Part shown: positions 38,038 through 47,515 of the stretch, piece after piece
How the letters are laid out: each line of letters begins with the position of its first letter
How positions within the stretch are numbered: position 1 is the first letter of the stretch
Source: a virus
Lineage: Duplodnaviria > Caudoviricetes
Reading direction: 5' to 3' (one strand)
Virus record (IMG/VR): IMGVR_UViG_3300010233_000019
Location: 1 to 54,940 of that record
Length of the DNA: 54,940 nucleotides
Position numbers and translations under genes: made by a program
The notes under the pieces: generated by a model
What the model saw: the letters and a program-made list of their open reading frames with translations, nothing else
The model's database searches: none
Told to the model about the DNA's origin: nothing

Positions 38038-39228
38038 TTAGAGACGGATCACCTTGTCATTCTTGTGGGCGATTTGGCAAGAGCCAAGTAGCAACGTCTC
38101 CGCACTTTGGAGGAGACGGATGTTGTACTTCCGGCCAAGTTCCTTGAGGATCTGTTTCCACTCACAAGGGAGCATCCCGAGGATATCCTTTGCGGCTTGA
38201 GCTTCGAGGGTGGGAGGGACCACTGCGTCATCAATGCGACTTGCCATTCCACTGAGGAGTTTTGTCCCGAAGCGCACATCCACTTCATCCACCCATCCCC
38301 AGTGTTCCCGAGTCAGAGCCATGAGCATCGCAAGACGAAGCACCGTGTCACGAGAGCGATTCGCGTAGGGGAAGGTTGCCTTGGAGAAGAGTTTGAACCG
38401 ATTGTGGTACCAGTTCTCGTAGGTGTGGACTGCATCCTCAGTGAGGATCATCTCTCCAACGTGGGATGCCTTGTTAATGAGCCGGACAATCATCTCATTC
38501 CATCGGGAGTTGGACTCACGGATTGAGGCCTTCTCGGCTTGGTCGCTTACTTCGTATTTGAGGAGAGGGACCTGTCTCCCCCCAAGGGACTCCACGATGA
38601 TGAGGAAGCGCCCCATGAAGCCCCCCTCAAGGGCTCCATCTGGCATGGCTTTGTGTAGCCACTCCACAGTGGATCCGCAATGCATGGTGATGGTGGGGCG
38701 TTTGATGATTTTGGGTCCCCCAAAGGCCAGGTCTCCCTTGGTGGAGATGTCCACACTTTCATTGCTGGACAAGAGATTTGTGATCTCCTGGGTCATGGAC
38801 TTCTGGTAGTCCTTGCCTCCAAGAAAGGAGGTTAGTTCCCCAATTGGGAGATAGGCCGCAGCAGGATCCCCAATAGTAATTAAACGCTGATAGATGGTTT
38901 CTATTGTCCGGCCCCCAATGATAGGTATTGTGCCAAGTTTCTCGAGTTGGCGTTGAACAAAGTTGATTGCAGTGTCCTTCCCGATCCCGGAAGGTCCCAC
39001 GAGCATCACACTTTGGTTTGGGTATACCTTCCATCCTACCCCTCCTACTGGTTGTTGATCGATCCAGATGTTTCTCTTACATAGGGCCCCAATGAGCGAG
39101 ATCCCACATGCCACCTGATAGGAGAAGGGAACTTCCGTAGTGGAGAGAACCCTACACCAATCCTGGAGGAGAGAGTCCTTAGGGAGGAGGGTCCAGTTCA
39201 AGTCTTTGCCTCCCGACAAAAGTAACAT
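38038..39228 (-). CDS. DUF3987-like P-loop ATPase (primase/helicase-associated)
   Basis: YPNQSVMLVGPSGIGKDTA; GFMGRFLI. Confidence 0.75.
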   Translation of the reverse strand: MLLLSGGKDLNWTLLPKDSLLQDWCRVLSTTEVPFSYQVACGISLIGALCKRNIWIDQQPVGGVGWKVYPNQSVMLVGPSGIGKDTAINFVQRQLEKLGTIPIIGGRTIETIYQRLITIGDPAAAYLPIGELTSFLGGKDYQKSMTQEITNLLSSNESVDISTKGDLAFGGPKIIKRPTITMHCGSTVEWLHKAMPDGALEGGFMGRFLIIVESLGGRQVPLLKYEVSDQAEKASIRESNSRWNEMIVRLINKASHVGEMILTEDAVHTYENWYHNRFKLFSKATFPYANRSRDTVLRLAMLMALTREHWGWVDEVDVRFGTKLLSGMASRIDDAVVPPTLEAQAAKDILGMLPCEWKQILKELGRKYNIRLLQSAETLLLGSCQIAHKNDKVIRL

Positions 39229-39368
39229 AGCCACTCCTTCGAGACGGGGGAATGATGATAGAACGCCCCCTGGCAACACGGACATACTACATTTGTAGGA
39301 AGAGTATATTGATGCTCGTAGGTCCGGCCATGGATGCAGCGATCTCCAAAGTCTAGACAGTATTGCAT
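39198..39368 (-). CDS. small Zn-ribbon protein
   Basis: CPCC...WLCYFC. Confidence 0.5.
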   Translation of the reverse strand: MQYCLDFGDRCIHGRTYEHQYTLPTNVVCPCCQGAFYHHSPVSKEWLCYFCREAKT

Positions 39369-39517
39369 TCTTGTCCTCCCTTCAGGGCTCGAGCGAGGTG
39401 CTTGGGACACAAGGGACCTCCGGTTTTGTAGAGGCAGGCCTTGTATGGGCAGAATTTCTCGGGCGTGGTTTCCTTTTGGAGACGGAGTTGCATGGCAATG
39501 TGGTTGTGTGAGGCCAT
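39353..39517 (-). CDS. small Cys/His protein (54 aa, not in ORF track)
   Basis: Manual translation MASHNHIAMQLRLQKETTPEKFCPYKACLYKTGGPLCPKH...; TGATG coupling. Confidence 0.55.
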   Translation of the reverse strand: MASHNHIAMQLRLQKETTPEKFCPYKACLYKTGGPLCPKHLARALKGGQECNTV

Positions 39518-39708
39518 CAATCCGAGTCCTCGTAGGATCCCACTCCATTTGAAACAAGCTGGGAAGCTTGCTCTAGAAAGAGTTCCGCATCGGAGACTTC
39601 TAGATCTGTGAGTTCCACCCCCGAGTGGATGAAGTCATCCATCATCTCCACAAGTTCGAGGAGGGTTTCTTCCAAATCAGTAAGGTACAATTCTTCATTT
39701 ATGGTCAT
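39517..39708 (-). CDS. highly acidic small protein
   Basis: 63 aa, 18 Asp/Glu, no Lys/Arg. Confidence 0.65.
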   Translation of the reverse strand: MTINEELYLTDLEETLLELVEMMDDFIHSGVELTDLEVSDAELFLEQASQLVSNGVGSYEDSD

Positions 39709-39827
39709 CGTTTCTCCCGTAATTCCTTTGCTTGCTCTGCGGCTTCTCGCTTGCGTTCCGAGAGACTTCCCCCTCGGAGGACCTTTACAAGATGGACATG
39801 CTCCTTGATGAAACTTGGTTTGGACAT
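39705..39827 (-). CDS. small basic protein (40 aa, not in ORF track)
   Basis: MSKPSFIKEHVHLVKVLRGGSLSERKREAAEQAKELREKR; ATGA coupling. Confidence 0.5.
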   Translation of the reverse strand: MSKPSFIKEHVHLVKVLRGGSLSERKREAAEQAKELREKR

Positions 39828-39845
39828 GGTTATCTTTTTTGGCAT

Positions 39846-42521
39846 TTAGCCCTCCAATTTTAACTTCGAAACTTCTCCCCAACTCTTGGTGGAGTATTTG
39901 ATATCACACTCGAAGTGGAATCCATTGAGTTCTGGCCAGGGTTGGCACAAGATCGAAGCCGACTTCCGGGCTTGTTCCATGTGGCCGTCATGGGGACCCA
40001 TCAAGACAATCGAATCATGTACCTGTGCTGCCATTCTCCAGTCCCTGGCCATCTCATGAAAGACTCCCATCTTCCAGTGATCCACACTTGGCCAGATCCT
40101 GGGATCCGTTGGGAAGTGACAGAACATCATTCGTAAAACCATATCCGCCAAGGTGGATGCGGGTAAGAAGGCGAGGCTCTGTCCCGAAATATCTCTACTC
40201 TGAAACCATCTCTTGCGCCCAAACGGATTACACAGCCACCCTTGTTTCTGAGCAGTCTCAATCGTCCGTTGTTGCCACTTAGCAGTGCCAGCATTAAGCC
40301 CTTTCCAAATCTCCACAAACTCCTTAATGTCGGCCTCGGAGTAGTTAAACCCTTCCTCAACGAGAAACTCGCGTTGCTTTTTAACACCCATACCGTAGTT
40401 TCTGCCATGGTTGATTTTCTTTCCCACGTCTCGCCAGAGTTTGTCGTCTTTGGATTTGGAGATGGGACGGCCAAAGATTTTTGATGCCAGATCACAATGC
40501 TCATCGTAGCCGGGGGTTTTGAGACGTTCCCATCGATCCCAGTCCTCGGCTAGCCATGTGGTGAGGTAGTTTTCTGCTCCGGAGATATCCAAATTAAGAA
40601 TCCCCCAACCAGGATTGTCAGGAACGTAGATAATCCGGAACTCTTCCGGTTGGTTTTGAATATTGAGATCAATCCCTTCACGACGGCCCGAGCTTGCCAA
40701 GCGTCCCTCGGAAGTGCCGTGGACCTTGAGATTGAAGTACATTCGATCTTGGCCAAGCAATGAGTCCTTCGCAAAGTTATTTCGGAGAGTAATCTTTTCC
40801 TTAAGCTTGTCGAGGATGGAGAACTCCGGGTGATCCTTAGAGCCCCAGAGTTTCCGGGCTCTCTTGCCTGTTGTGATGTTTCCACTTTTGGTGTCCTTTA
40901 TGGTGCGAAGCCCTTGGCCCTGGGAGTATGCCTGGACTTGGGTGGTGGAGTTGTAAGGGACAATCCTCTCTATACGAGTTCCTTTGGTAATTTTTGCCTC
41001 CACCATTTTCCCACTGGTGAGTTTCTTACCACACTCGCAAGTATATTCTTGACCGAGGGATGTGAACTCGAAACGCTTTGGCGAGTGAGGATTGCGCGAA
41101 TTGCCTTTACAAGTCTTGAATTTGGGTCGTAGTGTTCCAGGAGCTGCGATGCAGTTACATGGGACTTTTTGTTCATAAGGTTTTAATCCCTCTGGAAGAA
41201 GGTCTTCGTATTCGATTATCTCTTTATCAAGAACCTCTCGTATCTCTCCAAGTCGAGACGTGTCAAGTTTGAAGCCTCGCTCTCCAATGTCTCGGCAGAT
41301 GAAGGCCGCAGGGACGGAGACGTGTCGATAGACAGCTTCAATGTCGAATCGTCGGAGAGCTTGAGAGAGGGGGATATTGATCTGGAACTCTGCATCAGTA
41401 TCTCGTGCGTTGTAGAGTCGGTAAGCTTCATCTCCACTTCGACAACCAAGATATCCCCCACTGTCCTTAGGGATACCGAGATCTGGAGAATCCCAGGTCT
41501 TCCATTGAATGTGACTGGGTACGAGGTTTCCGTCTTCATCTTCGATTTCTCCCCATTTTCCTTTCCAGAAGACTTTGTTCGTGAAGACCGAGGCCACGAA
41601 GCCAAGGTCATGTTTCATATCGGGTTGGACGAGGTGTTGCTTGAGCATCGTGTCTTCGATCACAGCTTTGGAGACATCCCATCCAAGCCGATCAAGATGG
41701 GCCATGTCTGCGTTGATGATGTTGTGGCCAATCAAACTCGTGGCGGACTCGAAGATCCTTTTAAGCTCAGGTATATAGGCACCAGCAAAAGGCACAACAA
41801 TAGCGCTATAAAACCTATCAGTGAGACCACACACAGTGATGTTACCGTCTCGATCCCATTCAAAATCGAACGCAAAATCCTTCGCATTCCAATCTTTCAC
41901 TTCCTGCAAGGTTGGGAAAAGATTGTATCGCTCCGGGGGGAGGACAAGGGACTTTTTGAGATCCCCCACTACCACGCTGAACATCTTGGCTTGCCTCATG
42001 AGGAAGGCGGGATGGAGAGTAGGGATCACACGGGGCTTGGCACTCGTATCACCCCGAAGGGGAAGGGGACTACCTCTCCATATGGTTATCCCTTTACGTG
42101 TGGTGAGGGCTTCGAGGGCATGGTCCCCAAGGGCGATGATTTTGGGCTTCCCACTCCTGGCCAAGGATGGGAGGAAGTGGTGTTTGCGGCAATACTCAAT
42201 CCCCACACGGGCAACGTCTTTACTGGTCCATCGCCACTTCGGATCCGCTGGAAAGACATTCTCCGGAGGGCGGCACCCAATGACATTCAATGTGGAGCAA
42301 TGATCAAATGGGATCCCCGCGCATTTGGTGAGATTGCGGAGCCACTGGCCTGCTCCGCCGACAAAGCCTCGACCCTGACGAGCCTCTTCCTCCCCTGCGG
42401 CCTCTCCAACGAGGAGATGCTGGCCATCACTTGAGAAGAGAGGGACATAGCCTTCTCCTGGGCCATTGCTGGTGAGATGGCCAATTGGGCATAACGCACA
42501 GTACGCTGGTTTAGCAATCAT
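39846..42521 (-). CDS. family A DNA polymerase with N-terminal uracil-DNA glycosylase (family 4-like) domain
   Basis: LVGEAAGEEE..GFVG..G, CRPPEN, TLHPAFLMR; exonuclease FDFE, GHNI..D, YNARD; polymerase GRLAS, NIQNQP, LDISGAE, KKINHGRNYG, VHDS. Confidence 0.92.
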   Translation of the reverse strand: MIAKPAYCALCPIGHLTSNGPGEGYVPLFSSDGQHLLVGEAAGEEEARQGRGFVGGAGQWLRNLTKCAGIPFDHCSTLNVIGCRPPENVFPADPKWRWTSKDVARVGIEYCRKHHFLPSLARSGKPKIIALGDHALEALTTRKGITIWRGSPLPLRGDTSAKPRVIPTLHPAFLMRQAKMFSVVVGDLKKSLVLPPERYNLFPTLQEVKDWNAKDFAFDFEWDRDGNITVCGLTDRFYSAIVVPFAGAYIPELKRIFESATSLIGHNIINADMAHLDRLGWDVSKAVIEDTMLKQHLVQPDMKHDLGFVASVFTNKVFWKGKWGEIEDEDGNLVPSHIQWKTWDSPDLGIPKDSGGYLGCRSGDEAYRLYNARDTDAEFQINIPLSQALRRFDIEAVYRHVSVPAAFICRDIGERGFKLDTSRLGEIREVLDKEIIEYEDLLPEGLKPYEQKVPCNCIAAPGTLRPKFKTCKGNSRNPHSPKRFEFTSLGQEYTCECGKKLTSGKMVEAKITKGTRIERIVPYNSTTQVQAYSQGQGLRTIKDTKSGNITTGKRARKLWGSKDHPEFSILDKLKEKITLRNNFAKDSLLGQDRMYFNLKVHGTSEGRLASSGRREGIDLNIQNQPEEFRIIYVPDNPGWGILNLDISGAENYLTTWLAEDWDRWERLKTPGYDEHCDLASKIFGRPISKSKDDKLWRDVGKKINHGRNYGMGVKKQREFLVEEGFNYSEADIKEFVEIWKGLNAGTAKWQQRTIETAQKQGWLCNPFGRKRWFQSRDISGQSLAFLPASTLADMVLRMMFCHFPTDPRIWPSVDHWKMGVFHEMARDWRMAAQVHDSIVLMGPHDGHMEQARKSASILCQPWPELNGFHFECDIKYSTKSWGEVSKLKLEG

Positions 42522-42940
42522 CTAGACTTCCTATAGGTCTTTAGATATTCTTTCATATATAGTTGCCTTGCTGGACGTAGGTGTCTAGGGATATTCCACT
42601 CTGGGCCTCTTACATGTAAGCTATGGTGGAGACCTTCTGGAAGTACTTCAAGATTGGATAGGGAATTATTTGTAAAATCTCCATCAATATGGTGAACATG
42701 TTCTTGTGGAGTTAGGGGATAGCCAAGATGGTGTTCCATTTTTCTTCGTGCGCGAAACCGGCAAGCCCTCCACTGAGGAGTTTGCGTAAGTTCTCTACCA
42801 AAAAGAGCATCTCGTTTTGAACGAAGAATTTCTTTACAAAGATAAGCTACCTGAGATTTACTTATACCCAAAGATGCTGCAACCTGACGAGTACTTAGAC
42901 CAGAGAGATACAAGTCTTGAACTTTTTGTGCGTCTATCAT
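42518..42940 (-). CDS. HNH endonuclease with N-terminal HTH
   Basis: GLSTRQVAASLGIS; VHHIDGDFTNNSLSNL..H; AT-rich. Confidence 0.85.
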   Translation of the reverse strand: MIDAQKVQDLYLSGLSTRQVAASLGISKSQVAYLCKEILRSKRDALFGRELTQTPQWRACRFRARRKMEHHLGYPLTPQEHVHHIDGDFTNNSLSNLEVLPEGLHHSLHVRGPEWNIPRHLRPARQLYMKEYLKTYRKSR

Positions 42941-43167
42941 TAATCCTCAGAGTAGAATCGGGATTGCTTCTGGCCAGTATACATCTCCGCTCGGACATAG
43001 CCAAAACTCTGGAGCTTGGCCACGAATTCATTCATCAGGCCAAGAAGTTTTGGAAACTCCCGTGAATCAATGGAGAGATATGGTTGGTTAAGATCATAGG
43101 TGTTTAGAGTTTCCGGATCAAGTTGGATCTGGAAGGTTACTGGTGCGTGGTGAGTGGTGTGCTTCAT
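42940..43167 (-). CDS. hypothetical protein
   Basis: 75 aa, coupled to the HNH gene. Confidence 0.55.
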   Translation of the reverse strand: MKHTTHHAPVTFQIQLDPETLNTYDLNQPYLSIDSREFPKLLGLMNEFVAKLQSFGYVRAEMYTGQKQSRFYSED

Positions 43168-43172
43168 ATAGT

Positions 43173-43736
43173 TTAACTCCCTGTTTCAAATCCATGGTGA
43201 TCACTCCGGGTGTCTTCGGAGAATTTTGGCACATCCTTGAGGATCTCGTAGATCTCATCCCAACTCCAGGGGTAGAAGTTGTGGGTATCCACGCCGACAT
43301 CAAGGCTTCTATCGAGACGGGGCAAATTCCCATGGCAATGCCCATGGAGATGGAAGGATCCTTTGCCCTTACCCGACCAACTCCGCATGGGGTAGTGGAG
43401 GAGATGGCTGCGGATGGTGCCATGAGTGACACACTTGGTTTCCCCTACCCATTGGCAGTACTTGGCATACTCGGAGTGACGGAGCTTGTCGTGGTTTCCA
43501 ACGATAAGATGGACGGCTTTGGTGTTGAGGCGAGAGAAGAATTGGTTCAGATCATACGTAGACCATGCGAGGTCTCCGAGGTGGTAGAGGATATCTCCCC
43601 TTCGGAGGACCGAGTTGAATCGCTCGAGCATTATCTCCTCCATCTCGAGGTGATCAGAGAACGGGCGCTTGCAGTACTCGATGATCCGGTCGTGGCCAAG
43701 ATGGGTATCTGCGGTGAACCAACTTTGTGGGGGCAT
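43173..43736 (-). CDS. calcineurin-like metallophosphoesterase
   Basis: FTADTHLGH, HLGD, GNHD, HYP, HGHCH, DVGVD. Confidence 0.88.
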   Translation of the reverse strand: MPPQSWFTADTHLGHDRIIEYCKRPFSDHLEMEEIMLERFNSVLRRGDILYHLGDLAWSTYDLNQFFSRLNTKAVHLIVGNHDKLRHSEYAKYCQWVGETKCVTHGTIRSHLLHYPMRSWSGKGKGSFHLHGHCHGNLPRLDRSLDVGVDTHNFYPWSWDEIYEILKDVPKFSEDTRSDHHGFETGS

Positions 43737-43940
43737 AAAAGATTGGTCACCAGTAGGCTTGCGAGGCCTGGCAGATCCCCCAACGCTGGTGAGTCCATCG
43801 AGGGAGCCTTGGTTAGGGCAGATCTTACGTCTTGGCCGTTTATTCTCCAAGTACTTAGACATATTCACGGCTGTCCTAAAGAGGTACCCGGCTTTGCACC
43901 GGGATTGGGGGCTAAGGAATACCCCTACCAACGTCGAAGT

Positions 43941-44240
43941 TTACTTCTTATGGGCTATGGGTGTCCTCGGTGCCTTCGGAGCAGGAGGACGGGTAGAGAA
44001 TACAATCGGCCCACCACCTGGGAGGATGATGAAACCACTCTCATCAAGCTGTCCTCCACACCACTCGGGTGGCATCGGGGGACACTTGGGACTGGGAGGT
44101 GGCGGTGGCGGCGGTGGCCCACAAGGTGCCGGATCTTCCACACATGGATCCGGGGGGAACGTGGGTCCGTGATAGGGATCCTGGGCCATAAGACCCAGTC
44201 CCACAATTGAAGCGAAGAGGAGACCATAAAGTTTCTTCAT
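43941..44240 (-). CDS. exported Pro-rich small protein
   Basis: Signal MKKLYGLLFASIVGLGLMA; poly-Pro run; four Cys. Confidence 0.65.
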   Translation of the reverse strand: MKKLYGLLFASIVGLGLMAQDPYHGPTFPPDPCVEDPAPCGPPPPPPPPSPKCPPMPPEWCGGQLDESGFIILPGGGPIVFSTRPPAPKAPRTPIAHKK

Positions 44241-44255
44241 GGGGTTTCTCTTCGA

Positions 44256-44687
44256 TTAGACCGCCGCGATGGTGCGGAAGTCGATTTTATTCACATCAAC
44301 CACCTCCCCTGTCTGGTCAGGCTCTTTGACCACATCGACTTTGGCTTTGAAGTTGGGCTGGATTTGAGTGAGGCGACCCAGCCAATCTTCCAAGGACTCT
44401 CCGGGGTTCTGCACGACCCCTGTGCGATCTGCGATTTTGCGAAGCGCCTTCTGGTCATAGGGATTGTGAATCCAGAAGGTGTTGAAGAGGCGACGCCCCG
44501 AGAAGGTGGGATCTCCCGTGACAATGAAGGTCCCATTGATCATCAGGGTTTCTTGTCCTGCCATCTTGCCGGACTTGGGGATCTTCACTTGGCCCCCAAT
44601 CTTGGCAAGCTGAAGGGTATAGGTCCCCTGGTCAATGGGGCGGAAGGTCGGATCCACGTCCATGATATTGAAATATTGAAATTCCAT
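44256..44687 (-). CDS. single-stranded DNA-binding protein (DUF669-like)
   Basis: FRPIDQGTY...GRRLF OB-fold pattern; next to AAA and nuclease genes. Confidence 0.7.
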   Translation of the reverse strand: MEFQYFNIMDVDPTFRPIDQGTYTLQLAKIGGQVKIPKSGKMAGQETLMINGTFIVTGDPTFSGRRLFNTFWIHNPYDQKALRKIADRTGVVQNPGESLEDWLGRLTQIQPNFKAKVDVVKEPDQTGEVVDVNKIDFRTIAAV

Positions 44688-44773
44688 GTAGTAACTCTCC
44701 ATTTCTTGGCACTCCTGCCAAGGTTTGTAGGTGATTGATTTAAAAGGCCTCAAGCGATCCTTGAGGTTCTCCT

Positions 44774-44802
44774 ATTGTACCACTCCGCAGGGGCTTTGTC
44801 AA
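44774..44802 (-). promoter_or_regulatory. sigma70-type promoter
   Basis: TTGACA-17 nt-TACAAT with TG extension on the minus strand. Confidence 0.8.
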
Positions 44803-44803
44803 G

Positions 44804-44827
44804 GGGAAGGGCGGAGTTTCCTTCCCT
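44804..44827 (-). terminator. stem-loop upstream of the promoter
   Basis: GGGAAGG...CCTTCCC inverted repeat in an intergenic gap. Confidence 0.4.
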
Positions 44828-44878
44828 AAGCTACGTTCCTCCCGGTTGGAGCGGGTAGGTCGTGGCGTATCACCTCCT

Positions 44879-45019
44879 CTATGTGAAAGTTCGACGGTAG
44901 GCTAGTTTTAACCATTTTTCAAAACAAGGGAGACATCCACATCTAGGGCAGTAAACACCTTTGTATTTTGGGAAATCCTTACAAGGATTTAGTTGCTTAA
45001 TTTTAACAGGTTTGGGCAT
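44879..45019 (-). CDS. small Cys-rich protein
   Basis: MPKPVK...YCPRCGCLPCF. Confidence 0.5.
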   Translation of the reverse strand: MPKPVKIKQLNPCKDFPKYKGVYCPRCGCLPCFEKWLKLAYRRTFT

Positions 45020-45020
45020 T

Positions 45021-45902
45021 CTAGAACCTCGTCTCCGGTTCCGTGGGCAACGGCCCCATTTGGGGAAGCCAGAACTTCTCCCACATGTCACACAAGTCGA
45101 GGCCTTCAGGGTCATCATCTCGAAGCTTGAGCCGAGTGCCTTCCTTTGGGAAGATATCAAAGCGATCTTTGAGAGCCTTGGGGCCATCGGTTTCGGTTGT
45201 AAGGAAGCGGAGGTTGAGGCGTGTGCCCCCCACAACTGTGGGGCGAATGTCAATTGTCGCGGCGATTTGGAACATCGCAGCAGCACTGGCGGCCATTGCT
45301 CCGGGGAGGTCTGGTCCCCAGAAGGTCATCCGCCCCATCTCATCCTCAATAGTGCGGTCTGTGGCCGTGACTAGGACGTGTTTCTTCAAAGCCGGATCGG
45401 CCATCGCGGACATGTTGAGAAGACTCTGGAAGACCTGACGAGTGAGTTCTCCCATCACTTGGTAATCACTTCGACCTGGGATCCCAGCGGTGCGGAGTTG
45501 GCCTTGCACGGGACCTTTGTCGCGGCCAGGGTATGCGAGGGCTTTGGTTTTGACGAATTTCTTGACCATCTCTGTGGCTGAATCAAGCACGACGCCACCA
45601 AAGGTTCGATCATTCCGGAGGGCGGCTAGGGCCCGATCTAGCTCCTCCATGGAGTTAGGTACAAATAGGGGACCTTCATTCTTGCGAAGTGTTGCAGCTC
45701 CCCCACCCTCGCCACTTTCCACGGCAATGTAGAGGGTGGGCTTGTTGTTGAATTTCATAGTCAGGCGGTGCAGGGATCCGGCAAGTTTAGTCTTGCCCTT
45801 ACCCGACGCCGCCCAGAGAAGCATCGCTAGTTTTGTATCTGGGGATACAATGTCCTTTGTGTTGGTGAGAGTTACCCCCGGGAGGGAGTAGGTTGGATTC
45901 AT
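45021..45902 (-). CDS. AAA_24 / Sak4-like ATPase
   Basis: AASGKGKT, VVLDSATE, LKDR. Confidence 0.8.
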   Translation of the reverse strand: MNPTYSLPGVTLTNTKDIVSPDTKLAMLLWAASGKGKTKLAGSLHRLTMKFNNKPTLYIAVESGEGGGAATLRKNEGPLFVPNSMEELDRALAALRNDRTFGGVVLDSATEMVKKFVKTKALAYPGRDKGPVQGQLRTAGIPGRSDYQVMGELTRQVFQSLLNMSAMADPALKKHVLVTATDRTIEDEMGRMTFWGPDLPGAMAASAAAMFQIAATIDIRPTVVGGTRLNLRFLTTETDGPKALKDRFDIFPKEGTRLKLRDDDPEGLDLCDMWEKFWLPQMGPLPTEPETRF

Positions 45903-46162
45903 TTGGGCTCCTTTTCTTTCTTACATGCAGTGCATCCAATGAAGGGTACAAATTGTGCTGGTACATGCCCGTGAGAGGGTTTCCAGAGTGGGCCTTGGCC
46001 GAAGTAGGTCTTTAGAAGTTCCTTTAGGGTGGCAAGTTCTGTACTGGGACTTGGGGGAAGACCTCTAAAGGTGTAATAATCTCCGTGGGTTGCACCACCT
46101 TTGTAGAGTCCTGGGTGGTCACTTGTGGAGTGAGAGGGGGAATTACAATGCCAACATTTCAT
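45899..46162 (-). CDS. hypothetical Zn-binding protein
   Basis: CWHC..H..H and CTAC. Confidence 0.55.
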   Translation of the reverse strand: MKCWHCNSPSHSTSDHPGLYKGGATHGDYYTFRGLPPSPSTELATLKELLKTYFGQGPLWKPSHGHVPAQFVPFIGCTACKKEKEPK

Positions 46163-46443
46163 ATGGAGGCCCCATCCAGCGCCCCCCGGTGCTTCGCCAG
46201 CACGGCGGCGGCACGTCGCTGCAACTCCTCATTTGCTCTACGGTCTATCGCATCTACTGGGCACATGCGTACCCAAGACATCGCAGCGACTAGCAAGCGG
46301 AGGGCTTCGTCGCGCTCCGCACGTAGCGCCGCGAGGGCATCTCGCCGCTCAATACAGCCAGGGCACACATCCGCTGATGCCGGATGCTGCCCGCTGCACC
46401 CCGGAGTTTCGATCTGCTGCCGAACCACCTCGTAGTCTGTCAC
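46159..46443 (-). CDS. hypothetical protein
   Basis: 94 aa, ATGA coupling on both sides; GC-rich. Confidence 0.6.
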   Translation of the reverse strand: MTDYEVVRQQIETPGCSGQHPASADVCPGCIERRDALAALRAERDEALRLLVAAMSWVRMCPVDAIDRRANEELQRRAAAVLAKHRGALDGASI

Positions 46444-47468
46444 TTGGGTACCTCCTTCACGTAATCCTCAATCTCCACCATTGAGGGATCCTCCAATGTG
46501 GGCATTGCCCCATCGGGAATATGGTTGTTGAAGTACGGGCACTGCCGATTCATTCGAGGGTCAATGCACGCTTCAGTTTGCCACGGCACCGAGACAAGTC
46601 CCTCTTGTCGCATGTATGCCATGGATTGGGCGACTTTTAGAATATGCTCTCGATCTCGCTTAAGGCGATTTGGGGATCGTTGGACGACCATTCGGTAGTA
46701 TGCAGAGGCTTGCTCGACGGGATCGGTCTTGAGTTTTGCAACCTTCTGTACATTTCCACACACTGGGCAAGAGTAAGTTCCCTCTCCAGTAGGGATCCAT
46801 AAGTCAAAAGCGTACTGAGCCACGCACTGTTTGCATTTCCGTTTGGGTTCATAGATTTTGGGCTTCTCCAAGATGTTGACAAGCACTCCTTGGATTGTAT
46901 GGCGAGGGAGAAGATGACTGAGGGCGAGGATCTGGAAGGAAGCTTGCATATTGGATTCCCATTTCCTCATCCACATGCCCAGGTCAATGCCAGGGTCCTT
47001 GGTTTTGTACTCCTGAATCCAAAACCCAGGACTCAGGGTTAAGGTCTGACCGGGGATGCCACTTTCAACTTGGGTGAGGGTTTCCACATAGAAGTACATG
47101 TCGAGCTTGGCGAGGCCATCCAAAGCATCTTGCCCATCTTGTAGGGGAAACCTTAAAGGTTCCTCACATCTCACCAATGGCCAAGGCTCCTCGGGATAGG
47201 CCTGAGAGTATCCATATACCAAGGCATTACACATGTTGAGAGCTTCGGGTGTGGGGCCGATCTCCTCGATGGTGGTTTGGGGGATCTCAACTCGATGGGT
47301 GAGTTGCCAGGTTTCTAGGCCACTGTGGACCAGAGATCCAATGGCCAAAGCATCATCTCGTTGGCCCTCTCGGGGTTTGGGCTTGCGGTGAGATACGGAT
47401 TGCTCGTACCAAAATCCCGGACACTTTAGCCATGCGTAGTATTGGGAGTAGTCAATGAAAGGATTCAT
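46440..47468 (-). CDS. PD-(D/E)xK exonuclease (Cas4/RecB-like) with Zn-ribbon insert
   Basis: CP, GSLVH..LE, KLD, EYKT, Q, C-terminal C..CPY. Confidence 0.8.
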   Translation of the reverse strand: MNPFIDYSQYYAWLKCPGFWYEQSVSHRKPKPREGQRDDALAIGSLVHSGLETWQLTHRVEIPQTTIEEIGPTPEALNMCNALVYGYSQAYPEEPWPLVRCEEPLRFPLQDGQDALDGLAKLDMYFYVETLTQVESGIPGQTLTLSPGFWIQEYKTKDPGIDLGMWMRKWESNMQASFQILALSHLLPRHTIQGVLVNILEKPKIYEPKRKCKQCVAQYAFDLWIPTGEGTYSCPVCGNVQKVAKLKTDPVEQASAYYRMVVQRSPNRLKRDREHILKVAQSMAYMRQEGLVSVPWQTEACIDPRMNRQCPYFNNHIPDGAMPTLEDPSMVEIEDYVKEVPK

Positions 47469-47515
47469 CGAGTGGGGAGTCCTTGGGTGAGGAATGTGTA
47501 GCCTGCGGTGTTGGT

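Noticed and set aside
46440-47468. Cas4-like nuclease as evidence of a CRISPR system
   Set aside because: No repeat-spacer array or other cas genes seen; it sits in the usual nuclease-AAA-SSB recombination module.
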